Assembly: GCA_043228905.1 (NCBI GenBank)
Contig: JBHGNT010000014.1
Span: forward strand, 1,240,001-1,304,000
DNA length: 64,000 nt
Direction: 5' to 3'
Origin: Azolla caroliniana
Taxonomy: Eukaryota > Plantae > Polypodiophyta
Shown one piece after another: positions 63,873 through 64,000 of the stretch. The position numbers and the translations under genes are program-made. Every line of letters begins with the position of its first letter. Position 1 is the stretch's first letter. The notes under the pieces were generated by a model. The model was not told the DNA's origin and made no database searches. It saw only the letters and a list, made by a program, of their open reading frames with translations.

Positions 63873-64000
63873 TTCGCCGTTTGATCCATATCCAAGGAAA
63901 ATGCATTTCCTGGACCGAGGTGCAAGTTTTCGGCGATCATCTTTCGGAATAAGGGCGTACGCCTCGCATCCGAAGATCCTCAGCTTGTCGTAATTCGGCT

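Larger units (their letters stand above)
54105..64000 (-). mobile_element. Element I: Copia, 3' LTR and RT/RNase H, interrupted by J and continuing beyond the window
   Basis: LTR 54105-54409 plus PPT. An open RT-RNase H frame at 63872-61986 (IIYVDD, ADGMTK) resumes at 54657 across TSD GCGG. Confidence 0.9.

Overview
This is repeat-rich land-plant nuclear DNA. A fern or other seed-free plant is suggested by a PLS-type PPR remnant and by Tcn1-like and Phygy/Selgy-like retroelements, but this is inference. Two intact-looking host genes are present: a multi-exon NUMOD3-domain gene (minus strand, running off the left end) and a 7-exon WNK kinase (plus strand, 40088-43975) with a U12-type intron. 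Almost everything else is nested transposons: chromovirus Ty3/Gypsy elements, several Ty1/Copia families, one very young intact Gypsy (54658-61985), solo LTRs, LINE fragments and MITEs. Three unexplained or notable signals stand out. (1) At least four dissimilar LTR families carry an antisense tRNA-like A-box/B-box module at the U3 edge, and similar modules occur in tandem at 23.8-24.3 kb. (2) The chromoviruses have no tRNA primer site; their PBS is complementary to their own predicted transcript 5' end, which sits in a palindrome. (3) Clear -1 frameshift signals occur in two Gypsy lineages. All coordinates were read by eye and may be off by a few bases.
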